Part shown: positions 49,266 to 63,854 of the stretch, piece by piece
Position numbering within the stretch: position 1 is the stretch's first letter
Layout: each line of letters starts with the position of its first letter
Assembly: GCA_950097015.1 (NCBI GenBank)
Contig: CATNEN010000041.1
Span: forward strand, 1,364,001-1,428,000
Length of the DNA stretch: 64,000 nucleotides
Reading direction: 5' to 3'
Source: Macrostomum hystrix
Lineage: Eukaryota; Animalia; Platyhelminthes
Program-made: the position numbers and the translations under genes
Notes under the pieces: model-generated
What the model saw: only the letters and a program-made list of their open reading frames with translations
Told to the model about the DNA's origin: nothing
Databases searched by the model: none

Positions 49266-50460
49266 CTCATTTACTCGCCTGGCTTCAAACCGAGAAAAGA
49301 TTCCTCAGCGGTCTTGGCTCTGGGTGGCACCTTTAGAGACCTCGCCCTCAGCCAGGTGCTCCCGTCCTGCTTCTCTTGTGATCCCAAGCAGCCACACCCA
49401 TCCCTGAATGCATCCTTAATGGGGACCCGCCCAGGCTTGAGGCCCCCCAGCTGTCTTTCCTCATTTCTGTTCCATTTCTGGCAAAAGCAAGAGTAGGATT
49501 AGTCCCAAAAGCTGGGCTGGGGTGCCTCACACAGAGACCTCACCAAGTAGTCTGTGTCAAATATAAAGTCGCGGAAATTTACTTTCTAAAAAATCCTCGC
49601 CCCTAAATATGAAGCCGCCACGGCAGGCGAAGTCACCCGATTGGCAGTGAATTTCTGCTCTGATAGTGTCGATTTCCCGGCTTCCTGCCCCGCCTCTGAT
49701 GCTGCGGACCCTAATAGGCACGACGGCCGGCCGATCCCCATGCCCACCTCCCCATCTCCGCCCCATTATCCCCGAGACTCGCAGCAGCCACGGCTTGGAG
49801 GAAATGGGCTCCCAGCCGTCTGCTGTGTTTTTTCACACCGGAAAGCGGCTGCAGACAGGGCTACTGAAGCCCCGCCAGCAGCCCCAAGGCATGGAACTAG
49901 TGTCTGGGCCACCCGCTATATAATGGACCTGCCTCTGCTCGACATTCTCTGCTCCTTGTCATTGATGAAGACTGCAACAAAGGGAGAATCACAGGTGAGA
50001 ATGCCTCATCCGCAGCTTCAGCTTCGTGCAATGGCGTAAAAATTGGATGAAACTATGCTGCAAGCGAACCATAAAGACGTGACGATTTCCTCAAAATTGA
50101 TTGAGTGTCTTCTGTGGAAAGCATTATTGAAGTTGAAAGCTATGGAAAGTAACGAAAGCTCGGGACCCAGAACAGCAGCAGCAGCAGCTCCAGTTGCAGG
50201 ATTTCCAGGATTCCGCCCGCATTCTTCGGTTGCAGAGCAGAGGCAAGCAGAGGTGGTTGCTGCAATGCTCCATAGCTCTGCAATTCGATACTCCAGCACC
50301 AGGGGTTGCCGCTGCGGCTGTAGCGGAGCACTTCTACATTCGAGCTCCATTTCTAAAACGCAAAACGAGCCTCACTTCGCTGGAATGTTTGGAACTAGAT
50401 TTGGTTCTCGCAATGCTATTATCCCATTTCGCAATGCTATGGAGAAATGGGATACAGATT

Positions 50461-50675
<215 letters not shown>

Positions 50676-50959
50676 AGTGATTGGGAAATAATTTAGGTCC
50701 ATCAAAGCCCGTGCAGAAATCTGAGTCATGAGGGCCAGGTCCTCCACCAATCATTCACGCCTAATCAATGGCTCCGATTAGACTGGGAGCCGCTGGCCCA
50801 TTATGCAGGCACAAACGGAGCCTGGCTCACCTCCCTACCCGACTCTCTCAAGCTTCTCTTTTTTCTATTGAATCCTATCCGGCCTCTAAAATTGCTTCAA
50901 GGATCCAAATCGGACTATGTGGCAACCGTCACAGCGGTGTTGGGCCGCGAGGTGGGGCG

Positions 50960-51330
50960 TGACAGACAGTAGACTGGGGCTGGCAGGCAGTAGAGAGGGT
51001 GACAGACAGTAGACTGAGGCTGGCATGCAGTAGACTGGGGGTGACAGACAGTAGACTGTGGGTGACAGAGAGTAGACTGGGGCTGGCAGGCAGTAGAGAG
51101 GGTGACAGACAGTAGACTGGGGGGGTGACAGACAGTAGACTGGGGGGTGGCAGACAGTAGACTGGGGGTGACAGACAGTAGACTGGGGCTGGCATGCAGT
51201 AGACTGGGGGTGACACACAGTAGACTGGGGCTGGCAGGCAGTAGAGGGGGTGACACACAGTAGACTGGGGCTGGCAGGCAGTAGAGAGGGTGGCAGACAG
51301 TAGACTGGGGCTGTGACAGTAGGCAGGTGG
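50960..51330. repeat. Imperfect repeat with core gacagacagtagactgggg
   Basis: Variable-length tandem copies. Confidence 0.85.
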
Positions 51331-52127
51331 GTGACACAAAGCAGACAGTTTCGGCTGCTTTGACAAGTAAAACAAACAAAAACGATGTCAGCTTGCCCCA
51401 TTCCCGAGTGAATGGGATTTTAGGTTAATAAATGAATATTGACATGGAATCGAAGTGAACTCTGTAAAATTGTTACACTGACAAAGAATGTCGATTGAGA
51501 GATGCAATCAAATCTACGATTGATTTATTTTTTACTCCAGCTCTATATAAAAAATTCGCAAAAAGTCGAAACATTACTCTAGTAAAAAATAAAAGTAATG
51601 CAGGCTGGGCATTTTTAGTGAGGCCTCGAAGGATGTCATTTCGCCAGCAGTCTCGGTCCAGATGTTCGACACCCCTTCGCAGCTCTGTGACAGGCGCTGC
51701 GGGAAATACTGAGAATGAGGCAATTCAAACTGGGGAACCGGGGCGGAAGGCCCTCGTATTCCCTCCCCTGTTGGTGACCAGGGAGGTCGCCAGAGGGGAA
51801 ATGGGGATCCAGACGGGGAGATTGGAGAAACGCCCCCCAACCGAAGCTGTCCGGGCGGGGCGGGGGAAGATTGGCGCCATTAATCACAGGGAAGCCGTAT
51901 TATGCCCGGTGGCCCTTTTTACTGTCCCACTGCGAGGGCTTGGGAAAATCTCCCCTGCCGTCGCACCCATCCCGCTCCCCGATGCCCCAAAAATATAGGA
52001 AAAGCCAAAGCTGCACGACTGGGCACAGCGGAAATCTTCGCATTTGTTGCATTGCTGGGGGATATCGGCGGGAGAGATCGGTCTTGACAGCGCTAGGGGC
52101 TGGCGTTCTCCGATGTTCAAAAGTTTT

Positions 52128-53135
52128 TTGCACACAGGTAACTTGCTGTTGGACTTGGAGATGAGATGAGATAGATTGCACACAGGTAACATGCTGTTGG
52201 ACTTGGAGATGAGATGAGATAGATTGCACACAGGTAACATGCTGTTGGACTTGGAGATGAGATGAGATAGATTGCACACAGGTAACTTGCTGTTGGACTT
52301 GGAGATGAGATGAGATAGATTGCACACAGGTAACTTGCTGTTGGACTTGGAGATGAGATGAGATAGATTGCACACAGGTGACTTGCTGTAGGACTTGGAG
52401 ATGAGATGAGATAAATTGCACACAGGTGACTTGCTGTTGGACTTGGAGATGAGATGAGATAGATTGCACACAGGTGACTTGCTGTTGGACTTGGAGATGA
52501 GATGAGATAGATTGCACACAGGTGACTTGCTGTTGGACTTGGAGATGAGATGAGATAGATCGCACACAGGTGACTTGCTGTTGGACTTGGAGATGAGATG
52601 AGATAGATTGCACACAGGTGACTTGCTGTTGGACTTGGAGATGAGATGAGATAAATTGCACACAGGTGACTTGCTGTTGGACTTTGAGATGAGATGAGAT
52701 AAATTGCACACAGGTGACTTGCTGTTGGACTTGGAGATGAGATGAGATAGATTGCACACAGGTGACTTGCTGTTGGACTTGGAGATGAGATGAGATAGAT
52801 TGCACACAGGTGACTTGCTGTTGGACTTGGAGATGAGATGAGATAGATTGCACACAGGTGACTTGCTGTTGGACTTGGAGATGAGATGAGATAGATTGCA
52901 CACAGGTGACTTGCTGTTGGACTTGGAGATGAGATGAGATAGATTGCACACAGGTGACTTGCTGTTGGACTTTGAGATGAGATGAGATAGATCGCACACA
53001 GGTGACTTGCTGTTGGACTTGGAGATGAGATGAGATAGATTGCACACAGGTGACTTGCTGTTGGACTTGGAGATGAGATGAGATAGATTGCACACAGGTG
53101 ACTTGCTGTTGGACTTGGAGATGAGATGAGATAAA
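52128..53135. repeat. 48-bp minisatellite (gcacacaggtgacttgctgttggacttggagatgagatgagatagatt), ~21 copies
   Basis: Explains the SKSNSKSPVCNLSHLI and QQQVTCVQSISSHLQV ORFs. Confidence 0.97.
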
Positions 53136-56100
53136 GCGATTCGAGATAGCAACCGACTAAAGTTTATTGTTAAATAAACGCTTCAGTTGATTTGGATTTT
53201 GCAGTTCTGGCCCTGTAGACCAAGAAGCCAGCAGTATAAGCACCTGGACTGAAATCACCTGTCAAAGCAGAAATCCTATACCAATACAGCCCTGTCCCAC
53301 ACCACTTGATACCTTTCATATAATTTACGAGCATGTTAGCTCATTATATGATGTTAAAGATAATTTTAGAAGTATTCAAACGCTTCGATTTCAATGGCCC
53401 TTTAAACTGCTACATCTGTTCATCCAGATTAGTTACAATGCTAACCATAGACACCACAATTCCACCGTGATTTCTAATCCCACGTCTATAGATGAACTGA
53501 AAAAGTTAACTTTAACTGAAATCCCAAAATTCGAACAGGGGATCACCCCATTGCAACAAAGCTCAATTGGATAACTCGCTATAGATCCCCGTTTTCCTAG
53601 AAAGGAATTTTATCCCAGCGCCATTTATTATCCCCCAGAAGCCGCAGTAGGAAGCTCTCTCATTCCCAGCCAACGCGCTGTCTTCGGCGAAGGAGAAGTC
53701 AAGAGTGGGTCTGGGGGAGAGTGACAGGGGAGAACTGAGTAAAGAATGCCCGCCCGCCGCTCAGGGGAGTTATTTGCTTTTCACTTATGAAGCCGCAGCA
53801 GACCAGCGCCCCGGCCGAGGGAAATGGGGATTTGGAGAAGGGGAGTGGGGAGGCAACGGAGGAGGAGGGGAGGGGAAGGCGAAAGGGAGACGCTAGGCGA
53901 AGTCGGCAATAATCTAATAGATCTTATCGGAAGAGGCGCAGTCCCACCTCGCAGCCTTCGGCATGCGAATTCGGCGCTGACTGGCGAGCCGGACACCAGT
54001 GCTTTTTCTTATTTCTATTTTCTTTTGCCTAGCAAAGAGGGCAGGCAGCTCACAAGACAAGTGGCTACTATGAGCAGCCCGCAAGCGAGGTGCGATGCGG
54101 TCTCAAGGGCCTCCACTTGTCCAAACTGCGCGCGGACCATAAACCATAACCTGCCGTTCTGACAGGCGGCCATTGTTGCGTATAGTTGAATGCGATGTAG
54201 AAAGCAATAGACGCAAGCTGAGAGCTGGCTTGAGCTTGAGTCCCATTGTTATGCATCAAAAAAGGCTCTCATCAAATCTTGAGTCATGTGGAGTTGAGGC
54301 TGAGTCGCGGCCCATTTCCAGTTAGTTTAGGGTGGGTGTGCTTGGGTCAACTGCAGTCGGGCCATTTCCGCGGCTGTTGCACGCAGCGCATAGGCACGGT
54401 ATCTCATAGACGTTTTTCTTGCTTTTTTTGCTCCGCTCCGCTTCACTGGCGCTTTGGTCTCCGAGTCCAGTCCACCGTGCGGTGAGGAGTGTTTCGAGTC
54501 GCTCTAGCTGAATGAGTGGCTGCAGTCGCTCACCTGTCTGAATGGTGATTTTGTATCTCTAAGTGTGTGGCAGAGCAAACCATGCCTATGCTATATTGCA
54601 ATGCGAACCGCTAAACTCAGCAAACTGTGGCTGGTATCAAATCTAATTGTTCAGGCGCAAAAAGCAAGAGCATATAGAGTTTCCGTTTTTCTCAAGACCG
54701 TAGTTTGCAACTTAAAACTCCAATTGCTTAGCCCAATTCATTAGCTAGTGCATCAAATCTATTCTTACATTTTTTCTTTCTGACAGTTCTTTATAGGGGT
54801 ACAGGCAACGGAGAATTGCAATGGCAGACTTCTTTCTTTATTAACTCCTGTCACTGAGGGACGTGGGTCCGCCCCAAAGTCGTGGAAGAGAACCCGTAAA
54901 GGATAATCTCTGTTTCGCTTCTCTTGTGAGGGTGGGGGTCCTGCCTATCCGGAGCAGTCGGAGATTAGCCACATTATAGGTATAGTTTGCATTGCCAACA
55001 CTGCCAGCTTTGCAATAATGCCCAGCCTAAATGATTGCCTTTGGCTATAAACTCCTAGCTGGACTGGTTGCCTTCGCCCACAACAGTTGCGGGCTATAAA
55101 GAAAAATTAACAAAGGAGACTTGCTGCATGAGACTTGTGAAGCCCCTATAGTTTAGAGTAGTGTACAGCCTGCGGGCTGCAGCATAAAGCTAGATTATGT
55201 GTACTACCTTAGCAACACATTGATTTCCTAGTTGTCATTGTCACACCTTAAACACTAATCAAACACATCCTGCTGATTGCTTGTCAGAATTTAGACTTTT
55301 TGCTCTGTCTGCAAGTGCTGCAAACTTGTTTGCTGCTCCGCTTGCAGTCTCCGCTAAAATTGGACCTTCTGTGTTGGACAAAGCAATTTTAAGGGACTTT
55401 ATAGAATTAGAAAGGGAAAAGTTTAAAGCCAAGACTTAAGGTAGGCACTAGCCAGTTTCTTTATGCATAGCTAAGGCTTAAGGGTCGTGTTGGTGCCCCC
55501 ACCCCTCAGCACCATGGATCGGGGGCTCCCAAGCTTTTTGCAAGACCCTCAAATGTCTCTCTTCATTGCAAAAGCAGCGGGGCAAGACGCAATGGCGGAT
55601 ATGCCTTGCAAAGCGCGCACCCTGGGCAAGGACGCTGTTAACGTAGAAATTAAAGGGGCAGCCCCGTGATCGCGCATACTTTCTATAGTGTAGGATAGCC
55701 ATCCAATGAGAGGGCACGGCTAGCGCCCCTCCTCAAGCCCGACACCCACACTCCGCCCAAAGGCTCATTTGCCATGTTATCAGACTTGATCCAACACTTG
55801 CGAAGGGTCACTAGTCCTGCGGGCCCGCTTGCTTTGCATGACGTGACGGGGCTCCGGCCGGCACAAAACGCTGTTGGAAGCCCCCTTTCCTCCCTCCTCT
55901 CTATACAAACCCTTCTCTCACTCCCTAACAGATCTTAAAGCCTCGTCCCCTGCCCTCACGATTTCCTCCCCTTATCACACAGAACGCAGCTGAGAAGAGC
56001 TCACACTCTGCACACACCAGTCGCTAGCGGAGCCCTCCCACAGCTCACTGTCATTGTCTGCTTTACAACTCTCCGTGAGGGTAGGGGTCAGTTTTCCCCC

Positions 56101-57319
56101 CCTCAACTTGCTTTGTTCCATTTACTAATTTCCTGCTATCTGCTGGCAACAGCGCAACAGGAACAGGCAACATTGTTTCAGCTTCTGCTGAGCTGGTACT
56201 GTTTATTTTTCAGTAAGTTTACTAGAGGTGACCTTAATTGTAATCCTAATAAACCTGTTGCCAGCCTATCAGTCAGTCAGTATTTAATAATACAGGTGCA
56301 TCGCAACATTGCAGCAGGCACTACCACTTAGCATTGTTCAGTTTTACACGGTGTGTGATATGGAATTCGACTTTCTTTTTGTGTGCTCTGGACTCAGCTC
56401 AGTATTGCTAATAAGATTGGCCAACGAGACAGCTCGCCAGTTTGAGGCTGCTTCATGTCCTCTTCTTCAAGGGCGAGTCAAACTCCCAGGTCTAGCCATG
56501 TTCCCACCCTGCTTGTCACATCGTTCATCTTTTTTGCAGTATTGAAATAGGAGCTTTTTAAAGTTAGCTACAGCTAGGCCTAGCTCAAAAATTAATTAGG
56601 CCTACTTCTCAGTCAATGTACAGAAGGTATTTAGCCATTGGAATGTTTCTTTTCTTATAATGCCCGAGAAAGTATTGTAAAGTAGAAATTTGAATATCCT
56701 TCTGAGCGGAGTTTCTTCATAAGTCGGATTCTTTTCCCTCCTGCGTGGGGATCTTGTCCCACTGAGCGTAAACCTGGCCTACCTAAGGCTAAAGCTAGGA
56801 CCAATAATTGAAAATTATCCTGGACACATCAACTACGAGTAGATTTGCTTTAAAGAGCTCACATAGGCTGTAGCCGGCCTCTTTTGCTAAACAGATGGTT
56901 CATTCATGCAGGATTTTATCGATTCCGACTTGAACCGTGTGATCTGGGAACTGGGATGTGACTTTTGCTTGGATTCTCTGACCAATTGATGCATATTTGT
57001 TTGATGAAGGCAGGGCAGGGATCGTTCATGTTTGCCAACGCCAACCTGGCCGCATCCGGTTTATTTGACGCGGCACTATTTCTGTCATCGTTATGAGTAG
57101 ACAGGCTTGATGTGAGCCTGCGGGACCAACTCAGGTATTTAAAAAAGCTACTAATTCGCCTAAATTAGACCGAGTTATCCAATGCACAAGTTGTTCAACC
57201 TTGCGAGCTGTTATCAGACCGCGATGGGCGATAATTATAACAAACTGGCATCGGCTTTTATTAATACAACCAAGGGAGGTGTGCGCTGCGGAATTGGTGT
57301 CAAAATTTATCCATAATAA

Positions 57320-57420
57320 AACTCACCGCCCGCCTGCGGCCTCCCAAAGCCTCCAATCAACCCCCCGCCCCGCCCCGTCTCACTTTATTTTACCTTGCCC
57401 TGGCCAGTTCACCATTTGAG
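57320..57420 (+). promoter_or_regulatory. Candidate GC-box/CCAAT core promoter of the ZNF608/609 homolog
   Basis: CCGCCC/CCCCGCCCC boxes and a CCAAT about 1.1 kb upstream of the ATG. Inference only. Confidence 0.3.
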
Positions 57421-58488
57421 TATGCGGCCTGCAGTCGCACAGATAGCTAGTAGGCTGCAGTGAAGAATGCTAAAAATGTTTTGTTTAAAGCAGTTCGCCG
57501 CGACTGTCCACTGCTACACCCTTTAGGCAAGCCCCTTTAGCATTCTATTCTATTCTGAGAGACAGCTGTGAGCCTGCGGCGGCTAGGCTTTGGAAGGCTT
57601 TATATATATGCATAGGCAATGCGGCGCAGTGCCCATGCATTTTGCATAGCCCATACAGCACTGCAGATAGCTAGGGCTAGGGCCTAGTCCTTGTAGTTGC
57701 CAGGGCTGGGTTAGCTTTGGGTAGTCTCTGCCCCACTGCCCCCTCCCAACCCAGCCACACAAACACAAGCGGAAGAGAGCTAAGCTCTGTGTGAGGTTGG
57801 CTACCGGCTTGAATTGCATAGGGGCTTGTGTGTGTTGTATGTGGTGTGTGCTTGTGTGTTGAAGCCCTGCAGCAATCTTCCACCATAAGGCTTTGGAGAA
57901 AAAAATAGACGCAAACGCAATGCAGGCTTGGAATAAGGGTTCCCGTCGCGCACGCTAATTGGTTCTCGAGCTCTGAGCCAATGGCATGGCTCCGATAGCC
58001 TTGTGGCCCCAAGGCAAAACAGCATTGCAAGCCTTGTGTGTGGCGCGCTCCCGTCTGAAGACTTTTTATGCAAGGCCTTCACAAGATTGCCCCCTTCTAA
58101 ACTCCTCTTCCCGAGCGACTGACTCCTTTCCTCTCATTTCTTTAGGTTTGGCCTTTCACTCACTCTGCTGCAGCCTAGAAAAAAGCAGATGCAGATGTCG
58201 CACTTGTGATCAATCTGCCTTTTGCTTACCCCTCTGAAACCGCCAGCCAAGCTAAGCCAGTCCGGCCTGGTCTTCGTCCCTTCATTTCCCACCGGAGCTA
58301 AGAAGACTCTGCAAATTGAAATCACGCACAGAGAGACAGGCGGACTGACTGACTGAGAGAACTGGCTAAATTTTCTGGTCTCCTGCCCATTCGGCTGCAA
58401 CAAGGCAGAATCTAAAAAGCAACAGCCAGCGAAAGCAAAACGCCCATCTGATTTCAGCCGATCATCCGTGGACTGCCATGCCAAGCGG

Positions 58489-61091
58489 ATGTCAGCGGTG
58501 GAGCAGGTGATCACTCCATCCCAGCAGCAGCAGCAGCAGCAGCAGCAGCGCACGGACCAGACTCTCTCGGACTCATTCGCATCGTCCGGATCCGACTGGG
58601 GTCTGTTGGGCGATCTCATGATTGACCTGGGCTCCTCTGACCATCAGCAGCCTCAGCAGCAGCAGCAGTCGCTGAGCAGGATGCCAGCTACGGAGGCAGT
58701 GTCGGCGGCTGAGAACCTGGCCCTAGCCAAACCGGACCTGCAGGCCGCCGCGGCCGACAAAGGCTTGAAGATGAAGATTAAGCGCAAGTCCAAGCACGAG
58801 GAGAAGCACGAGATCGTTGCTACCGAGGCCCCGGCGCGGGAGGACCCGGTGGACTTGGCGGGACCGAATGCCAAGAAGGCTCGAGTTGACAAGGTGAGCT
58901 GAGCTTGGAGGTAGGCGGTCAATCACTACCGCTCCCTGTCTGGCTGGAGACACAAGGCGGCCCCCTGGGATCTGAATCTGTCCGAGCAGGGAAATCGAGG
59001 GGATAAATGCAATCACTCGCCAATTTTTTAACAATCTTCTCTCCCATCTCCCAGCAGGGGCTGCAGCGTTGAATAAGAACTGAAATGAAATAGAAGAGTG
59101 GGCCGGGCCCTGGGAGGGTGGGGCGGATGCGACAGCGATGACGTCACTCCAATCCCAAGCAAACTTCCACCCAATTAACAGATCGCCCCACAGACGGAGG
59201 CCTGCAAGAAAAAGCCGACGTCGAGTCACCAGGGCAAGCGCGACGCCTCGGTGAACACGGCCACCGTGGGCACCTCCGTGGAGCCCGATCACCTCGGGCC
59301 CTGCGAAACTGGCACCAACATCAGCCTGGATGGCATTGTCTGGCTCGAGACCACCACCGGCCTGCTGGTGGTGAACGTGACATGGCGCGGCCGCACCTAC
59401 GTCGGCACCCTGCTGGACTCGTCTCAACACGAGTTCGCACCGCCCTGCCCGAAGGACTACGTGCCGCCGATGGAGACCGCGAGGAACGCGCGCGGGCGTG
59501 GCAAGCGCCGGCCGCAAGGCTGCGGCAACAGCGGCGCTGGCGGCTCCAACAGCGGCGGCGGCATCAACGGTGTCTCGCGAGGCAGCCGCAGACTGGGACG
59601 CCAGCTGCCGCTCTCCAGCCGCGGCAGCGATGAGAGCGATGAGGGCAGCCGGCAAGATGGCAAGGAGGACGGCGGCAAGTCGCAGTCGCCACCTGTCACT
59701 CAGCAGTTGCGAGACCAGCAGCAGCAGCAAGGCGATGACCAGCTTCCAGATCAGCCGCACATAAAGTGCCCAGAGCTCGGCTGCGACAAGCGTTTCTCCC
59801 AGCTGCAGGCGCTCAAGTGGCACACCATCCGGCACCACGGCGAATGCCGGTCGCTGCCGCCCAGCCTTGTCTCCGCAGCCGAGCTGCTCCAGTCTGAGCA
59901 GCTGCGCGAGGTCAAGTCTCTGGACGGCTCCAGCGTCTTCAAGGTGCCGCACATGCGGCTGGGTCAACAGCCTCCTGCCACCGGAGCCACTTTGCCAGCA
60001 CCCGCCAAAACCTCTCCACCAAAGACAGTCACTGTGTCAAAGACCTGCCCGGTGCCCACCGCGGCCGGTCAAGCCAAGGCCGTCAAGAAGGAGGAGAAAT
60101 CGGCGCCGCCAGCTCAGGGTCCGTTCAAGCCGATCCAACCGAAGCCGGAATTGCTGGATGCTGCCGCTGGTGAAGCTGTCAATGGCGCAGTTGTCAATAG
60201 CGTTGCCACGGACGCCAAAAGGAAGAAACCGCGCCGTAGTCCCGAGCGGCCGCCCTCGCTGGCCCCGAAGTCTCTTTTAACTGCGGGCGGCTCAAGCAGC
60301 AGCAATGGAGGCCAGCGGGTGAAGTTCAACCGCCGCTCCGATCCTGTCTCCCCTGCCTACAGCGACATCAGCGACGAGGGCTCCGCGCCGCTGCTGGAGA
60401 AGGAGGAGCCACCTGTGACGCCGCCTTCACCACCTGCGCCGCCATCCCAGTCGGTAGCTGCTCACTCTACGCCATCATCGTCGGCTCTTGCGCCGACTCC
60501 GCAGAAACCTGCAGTAGCCCCGCCGGCTGCCATCGTGCCGCCGCTGCCACAGCCTACGAAGCCGCGGATGGCGATGCCTGCCGCGTCAGTTGCTTCCTCA
60601 AAGTCCGGCCTCGCTGCCGCTGCCGCCGCTGCCACACCGAGGGGCTCACCAAACGCGCCGCAGAAGCCGAGCCTGGGCCACTCGCCGTCTGAGGACTCGG
60701 CCAAGCAAGCAGAGGAGCGTCGGCAGATCCTGGCTGAGAACTCCGACATCCGGGAGCAGCAGCAGCAGTTGCAACAGCTCAAGGAGGCTTCGAGGACGCC
60801 GCAGCTTCAGTCGCCATCATCCTGCCGGCCCTCCTCGCGTCAGTCGGTGCCGCCGCCACCTATCTCGGCTGCCGCGTTTATGGGCGCCGTGCCGCCTCCT
60901 CACCCCATGGCTCCTCCGCCTCCACCGCCGCCTCAGGCGATGCCGTTCCCTGGTGGCGGGCCGCCTGCTGGCTTTTCAGACTATCGACTGATGGGCCGCG
61001 GATTTGACTACAGCCAGTTCCTGCAGCCCTTCATGGCCGACAAGGCGGCAATGGAGGCTTTCGGCGGCTATGCCCGGTCTCAATTACTAAT

Positions 61092-61127
<36 letters not shown>

Positions 61128-61404
61128 CAAAATTCACGAGCTGGCAGCGGGCACTGTGAGTCCCGGCCCGGGCAAGACCCCCCCAGCCGGTGGCATGCCT
61201 CATCACCACCAGCTTGGGCCGCCGCCGCCGCAGCAGCCGCAGCTACCGCCGTCGCCGCACATGCCGCCACCGCCGCCGCAGCTGCCGCCGCATGCCCTGA
61301 GCCAGTTCCACCGGGCCGGCCTCATGGAGCCATTCATGATGGCGCCGCCCTTCTCCTATCCCTCGCCGCTGATGCCGCAGCCGCACTATCTGCCGCACAA
61401 GTAG
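58489..61404 (+). CDS. ZNF608: ZNF608/ZNF609 (Drosophila scribbler/brakeless) homolog, transcriptional corepressor with a single C2H2 finger
   Basis: Exons 58489-58893 and 59194(or 59182)-61404, phase 0. Family motifs: DWGLLGDLMIDL, KGLKMKIKR, VGTSVEPDHLGPCETGTNISLDGIVWLETTTGLLVVNVTWRGRTYVGTLLD, C2H2 finger CPELGCDKRFSQLQALKWHTIRHH, and SPAYSDISDE. Orthology to 608 versus 609 is not resolvable here. Confidence 0.88.
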
Positions 61405-63854
61405 ACCTTCAGACCCGTACACAACCGCTTGCAGCACAATGTCTTTCCCGGCCTGTGTTGTCCAGCCCCGCTCGGCATCATGAACAATGCTTAAAGGAGC
61501 TGAATGAAATCGGAAATTGTTATTTTGCTTGCGATTAAAAAAATATTTTTAAGCGCCTCCGTGCTAGCACGCCGCCTCACCGGATTTTTGGCACTGATTT
61601 AAACGTCACTTTCGGGTTTCTCTGTTCTCCCTCAATTGGTTTCTTCTCTACTGCTTTTTTAATCCCCGGCTGTCTCCTGAGCCACCAGTGGGATTTTTCT
61701 CCCACTTCTTTTGCCTGGGAAGTCTTTCCCTTTGACGCTCTCTCTCTGTTTGTTTAACGAAATCCCCTGGCGGGAGTTGTCCCGCTTTTCTTCCCAATCT
61801 CTCTCCGCCTGTCTTTGTTCAGTCACTGCCTGCCGGGTGTTGACTGAGGCGGGCTGTGTGTGCGTGCGTCCCTCGCGACCGGAAAGCGCCGTCGCCACTT
61901 CCCACTCCAGCTTCGCGGCGGCATCCCGTGGCCGCCCACTATTGTAATCGCTGCCGGGCTCCCGGATCTCCCCTCCCCTCTCATAAACATTTCGGCTGGA
62001 CTGACATTTAACAAGTCCGGCCCGGCCCCTGTTCGAATTAGCAACTCAAATTAACTGCAAATCCCTCAACTATGCAGAGCCCGCGCTTCTCGCCAACAAT
62101 TGTTTAGCTTTGCAGGTGGAGCCAGTTTTTTACTACGCTGCTATCATTATCGGCTACCTGGCGCTGCTTCTGGGTGTGTGTTCTTCTGTTTATTTATTTT
62201 GGATTGTCACTAATATTTTTCTAATCTTTGCTTCCCTTTAGTTTGTGTGCTTCTTTGTTTTGTTATATTTTTCATTATGAGGGCGTCTAAGGAGGCTGAT
62301 TTTCCGAATTGATTATTTGTGAAATTCCCAGCTTCACCTGAACTTGTGTTGAACTCTTCCTCGATTAGCATATTCTTTGTAGTGCAGGTTGCTGGCCCTG
62401 CTGTACCCCAATCTGCACCTGCTTGCTGATTTCTGCTGCTTTCATGTATCATAGTCTCCCCGCACCTGCTTCTGTACAGATTCTAGAGCTAGCCGTTTTA
62501 GAGAAATTATTAAAGCGCTCCCACCAACTGCCTGATCCCCAATGCACCGCGTCCTACACAATGGGATATGTGACACAGGTGTTATTCTTATTCGCTTTTT
62601 ATCTATATATATATAAATATAACATATAAATACATTAGCCACTATGTACGGTTCCTTCTGTCACAGTTTGGTAATTTGCCTGCAAGCTTTCAATTGAAAA
62701 CGTCTGGCATTCTTTCATTTCATTGAGACTGGGGATCAGCAGCATGCGCTGAAGATCCCGTGTGGTTGAGTTCCTGGAAAATCCCATTAGGTATCCAGAG
62801 CCGAATTCTAGAACCCACATCAACAATGCGAGTATCTCAACTCCCAAACCCAGATCCTGAATAACAATGTCCCACTAATCTATCAGATAAAAATCCACAT
62901 AATCGCAAATCCCGATCCAAAAAAATCCCACCAAGTCTGTCACGGACCCGCGACAAGATCCCAGACTTCATTGATCCCAAACCTCCTGCTAAGGAAGCTG
63001 AATGAGGATGGCGAGTGCCGCATTTGCTTCAAGTGCCATTGTCTTACAGCCATAGTGACATTTTGCCCGCCAGTTTTTCAGAGGAAAGAAGGGAGGCCAG
63101 ACTTGATAAAGTTGAGTTGCTACTGGCTGGCCAGCATGCCAACCAATCACAGACCGGCTGCAGAGTTGCAGCTGCAAGCAGCATTGCTTGTGGCAACTGA
63201 ACCGAAGGCCAGACAGTCACACCGGGAACGGGACAGGCGGCAGACAGAGGAAGCCGAATTGCTTTTTTTAATTTGCGTTTTTATTCTCTGGCGCACACAG
63301 CAACGGGACGACGGGAACGATTTTTTCTCTCAGCTCAGCATGCATTCGAGTGGACCCATTGTGGCACACGGGGCGGGGTGTCTGGATAGCAAAGAGTGGG
63401 CTTAGTTTGGCTGGGGTTGCTGGGCCTTTCTTGTGTCAAGCGACTCACAATGAGGACTCACAGCTGCGTTTGCTCTGGCTCTTATCTCCTCTCCCCGCCC
63501 GCAGCTGGCTTGTAGCACACTGATTTCGCCCTGCCAAGTTGCTCCTGCGGGGGTGGCCACAGCGGTGGCTTTGGGATCGATCAGAGGCGGGGGTGGCTGT
63601 GTGCCCGGGCCGATGAGAGCGGAGTCGGGCGCTGAGAGGCGAAAGGGAAATTGGCAGTGCGACAAAAGCGGGCCGCTCGGATTTCGAAATGGGATATGGA
63701 TTGCTAATCTATGCCGCCTGGGCCAGAGGGACCGCATGATCTGAGCTTGATTTCCGATGCCTGCCTGAAAGGGATCAATGCAAACTTCATCGAAGAATTC
63801 AAGCTGATGCAACCAGTTCATGACCCATCATTACATAATGATTATGACGGCTTA

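Noticed and set aside
62210-62850. Minus-strand exon-like piece 62773-62650 and ORF 62210-62452
   Set aside because: One exon-like segment has plausible splice sites, but I could not chain it in phase to neighbours or recognise a product.
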